The notes beneath the pieces are model-generated. The model saw only the letters and a program-made list of their open reading frames with translations. It did no database searches and was not told where the DNA came from. The position numbers were made by a program, and so were the translations under genes. A DNA stretch of 64,000 nucleotides, taken from positions 4,092,001-4,156,000 of the forward strand of contig OZ296648.1 of the NCBI GenBank assembly GCA_965655095.1, written 5' to 3'. This document shows, piece by piece, positions 60,580 through 64,000 of this stretch. Each line of letters starts with the position of its first letter. Position 1 is the first letter of the stretch. This DNA is from Haplodiscus bocki (taxonomy: Eukaryota).

Positions 60580-61790
60580 ACCTAAGAGTCCGAGAATGAA
60601 TGCCTATTGCATCAATCTTTCACTAAATAAATGTATAAAATAACTCAAAACAATCTAAGTGTCCAAATATGTAATTATATTTTATGTATAATGCATCAAT
60701 CTCCCTTAATATAGATATCTAGAGTATGCTAGAGTAATGTGAATGTTCAAATGTGTACACCGATTCAATGTATATTACATCAATCTTTCATTTTATAGAT
60801 GTCTGGAGCATGGCAAAAAATTCTAGAGTCCAAGTTTGTGTTACTATGCTAAGTCTATTGCATCAATCTTTCACTCTTAAGATGTCCACAGGAACTCAAA
60901 ACAATCTACGAATCCAAATATATGTTCCGGTTCAATGTATAATGAATCAGTTTTTCACTACATAGCTGTCCACAGTAACCCAAAACAATCTAGGAGTTCA
61001 AATAGTCTAACGGTTCTAGATATAATGCGTCAATCTTTCACTATATAGATATATCCAGAACGCCAAGTAAATCGAAATGTCCAAATATGCATGCCCATTG
61101 CATCAATCTCTCAATATAGAGATTTATAAAGTAATTCAAAACTAAGTCTAAATATCTATACCTTTTCTATACATAATGCATCAATCTTTCACCATTTGGA
61201 CGTCTACAGTTTGTTAAAATAATTGACACGAGTCCAAGATGCATGCGTGTTGCATAATCTCTCTATTTCTAGATGTGCAAAGTAATGTGAAACAGTCTAA
61301 GAGTCCAAATAAGTCTACCTATTTTATGTATATTGCATCAACCTTTCAATATATAGACGTCTCCGCTATGACAAAGTAGTCTAGACTCCAAGTATTTGTG
61401 ACTTAATTCCATCAATCCTTCATTAATAGATGTCTACGGTAACCCGAAACAATTTAGGAGTCCAAATTTGTATGTCTATACTAGGGGTTCCCATTAATCT
61501 TTCATCATATAGATGCCTGCGGTTTGCCAAAACAATCAAAGGGCAGAGATCCCTACTTTTACACAAGTCATTGTCCATGAATTTTCCACAATGAAGAAGC
61601 TTACAGTATGGCAATATTTTCTACGAGTGGAAACACGTGAGGCTGTACTAGGCATTTTCCATCATTTTTTGTAGACATGCCTACGGTTTGTCACTGCAAT
61701 CTGGGAGTCCAATTTTGTTTTTCTATCTAACGTATGAAACGTCGACCTTTCACAATATGAAAGCCTCCGAGAGATCGAAAAATTCCAGAA
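60580..61790. repeat. Old diverged tandem repeat, ~74-85 bp period, ~14 copies
   Basis: TGCATCAATCTTTCAC-like core near 60608, 60692, 60776, 60859, 60943, 61026, 61099, 61177, 61251, 61334, 61408, 61490, 61575, 61658; most are followed by ATAGATGTC-like and AAACAATCTAAGAGTCCAAAT-like words. Confidence 0.85.
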
Positions 61791-61904
61791 CAAGAGCACT
61801 ACTGAATGAAAACACAAGCTTGTTTTTTTCATCAGTTTCGAACGTTCAGATTCCTCAATTTGATAAGTTTACTGAGAAACATTAAATGATGTTCGCAAAT
61901 TCTA

Positions 61905-61907
<3 letters not shown>

Positions 61908-61971
<64 letters not shown>
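61908..61971. repeat. (TC)32 microsatellite
   Basis: Uninterrupted TC dinucleotide run. Confidence 0.99.
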
Positions 61972-61974
<3 letters not shown>

Positions 61975-62338
61975 TCATGTCGTGTGTGTGCGTGCATGCT
62001 TTTTTGTGGTATGTGTTCCCGGCTACCCAAAACCACGCAAAGTTGTTCCCTGTCGCCGACCAACACCGCGGTTCTACCCGCGCTGACACATTTTGGTTCC
62101 CCATACTATCACTTGATCCTATGTCAATTAGTGAATGACCACTCCTGTGATAACAGTTGAGAACAAGCAGAAGGTAGAAAGTCGTAATTATTTTTGAGAG
62201 CATCTATTATTGCTACACAAACGCTTCAATGTAAAGTGGGATTATTACATTCCACTTTACAATGCCTAATGCCAGTCAGGAGCAGCATTTTGTTAGCTAC
62301 CGTTGAGCTTGATAATAGTAGAAAAGTGAAAATCTTCT

Positions 62339-62885
62339 CTAGTTTTTTTTTCGAAAATTATTTAATATCACAGGAGTTTGGAAGCACGAAGCACAGACAA
62401 ATGGCCGAATCTCTACCATTATCAACTGCTTCCTTTCGAGTTCTCCCAACACACACTCGTAAGTCCATCTTTTCAATACGGTCCCCATCTCCAACAAAAT
62501 TAATCTGTGCTCTGATCGTTTTTCTGCAATGAAGTGGCGGATTTGAAAAGTTGATGCTGCATCTCTGCATGTTTCTTTTTCCATTGGGAGCGTCGATGGC
62601 ATTTTAATATTTGATGCGTTTTCTTCAATTCTGTTGGCCTGCAAGGATGTTTTTGCAGATTCAAATGTTGACACGTTTCTTAAAACTTTCCGAGTGAGTT
62701 TTTTCAGTATTTTTGAGCGAGCAGACGATGTTCAAGTGTCTTATGAACTTCGCAAGCAGTGGAAATTGATGCTGAATTAATCTGTTCGTCGCATCTGCTC
62801 CATATTCCAATTGTTTGTCTACATTTGTACTACTTCTGACATATTATTCCTCAATGCCTCTTCCCTGACTGTGAATAGGTCATGA
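62339..62885 (-). mobile_element. Degenerate non-LTR retrotransposon (RTE-like) reverse transcriptase remnant
   Basis: Minus-strand ANRIEENA...TCRDAASTFQIRHFIAEKRSEHRLIL resembles the LINE RT segment NRI.....Q.GFR..RSC.D.IF.IR.I.EK..EH. Upstream fragments FTVREEAL and LEYGADA resemble IT..EV..AL and LKYGG. Multiple stops and frameshifts. Confidence 0.55.
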
Positions 62886-63534
62886 ACCAATTATTGCGAA
62901 CAAGGAGTTCAAAAAAGTAAAAAGTTTAGGTAATAATTACATGCGTGCGATTGCTAATTTTTCCTGGTGTCAAATAATCAAGTTTTGTCTCGAGCGTACC
63001 AAAGTTTTTCAACGAATTCGCCGATACGATTATTATCAAACGAGAATAGAATGAAGTTTGGGAGAACGAAAACAATGATGCCAATGGTTATTTACCTCCA
63101 AGCTAGATGCTTATATTCAAGATTTTTCTATTAACTAGTACGTTTTTTTTTCGGTTTCTCTCAGAGCGATTGAATTGTCTTCTGAGAGGACGTTAGATGT
63201 TGCTTGCATTTTGCATTTTTTCCAAAACTGATAGCTATTTTTGAGTATCCAAAAAAAGTAGACATCATTGTTTATAATTCGTATTAGCAGAAGCATCCTT
63301 TGCACTGAGCTTGTTTTGCGAAATTTAATTTTTGAGAAAATTTCAACGGCGATGGTAAAGTCACTGTGAGAAATATGGATCCAACTTTGATATGTTTCTC
63401 CAACGAAAATTCCAGGAAAACCTTCTACATTTGAGTTCCTACTTCGAACGCAATATACGTTTATAGTCTGCCAGAAGATGTACTGCAGAGCTATGAAAAC
63501 CCCCGGAAAAAATCGTCCATTTACTGCATTTGAA

Positions 63535-63965
63535 AATTATGTAGCTTTGGACCCAAAATGGCTAGACTTGATCACTTTCCAAAAAGTTAGAGAAACAGAC
63601 AACCTTGTTTGAATCATATCGGCTGCACAATTGGAAGGCTTTAGACTTAAAGGTGGCTTTTATGTTTTTTCATCCTAGAGATTTGCAAAATCGGGGGTAC
63701 AAAAGAAATGCAAGGTGGATAGACATAACGGTAAACAAATTTTGACTATTTTCTTTAGTCTTGGCTCCGTGATTGATTCTTCGGACTAGTTATCAAATGA
63801 AATTACTGAAGAATAAATCTCAGAATAATTCTGACTTTTTTTACAGAGGACAAATATATTGTTATAATTAGCTGTGAATGCTGAAATAATCACGCTTGGT
63901 TAAAGCTTGACCTTAGAACGGGGACTTTGCACAAACCCTATTCATCCACGCTTGCCACTGAGCAG
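63535..63965 (+). mobile_element. Degenerate LINE (RTE-like) fragment on the + strand; may extend beyond these bounds
   Basis: Reads FSLGSVIDSSD*LSNEI at ~63754-63805, like the RTE F.YLGS.I.......EI motif; inverted homology to 60098-60570. Confidence 0.5.
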
Positions 63966-64000
63966 TAGTAGAATGAGCAGATCAGGTGTGGGGGTCCCTA

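Noticed and set aside
61832-62203. ORFs with ER/SL dipeptide runs
   Set aside because: Artefacts of reading through the (TC)32 microsatellite.

Overview
Eukaryotic (animal-like, AT-rich, GT-AG intron) genomic DNA, not prokaryotic. Bases 1-~54140 are one uninterrupted head-to-tail complex satellite array. It has 57 monomers plus a partial one, all from one family but in six classes: A ~1077, B ~1040, C ~860, D ~1049, E ~566 and F ~1085 bp. These are arranged in shifting higher-order repeats: (b)ABABAB CAB CB CB CAB CAB CDEF DAB CDEF AB CAB AB CDEF B* CDEF B* CDE E CDE CDE. All ORF-track hits in the array are short repeat-derived noise. The last ~10 kb holds two small + strand exons (56514-56596, 57012-57081) that splice in frame to a tubulin polyglutamylase TTLL5-like peptide. 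It also holds three different non-autonomous hAT elements with perfect 8-bp TSDs, degenerate RTE-like LINE fragments in both orientations, a 26-bp minisatellite, an old ~80-bp tandem repeat and a (TC)32 tract. The main candidate discovery: these are internal exons, and I could not find the preceding TTLL5 exon in the 2.4 kb between the array and the first exon. The >=54-kb satellite therefore probably sits inside a TTLL5 intron (satellite-driven intron gigantism in an axonemal gene). All coordinates and alignments were read by eye.
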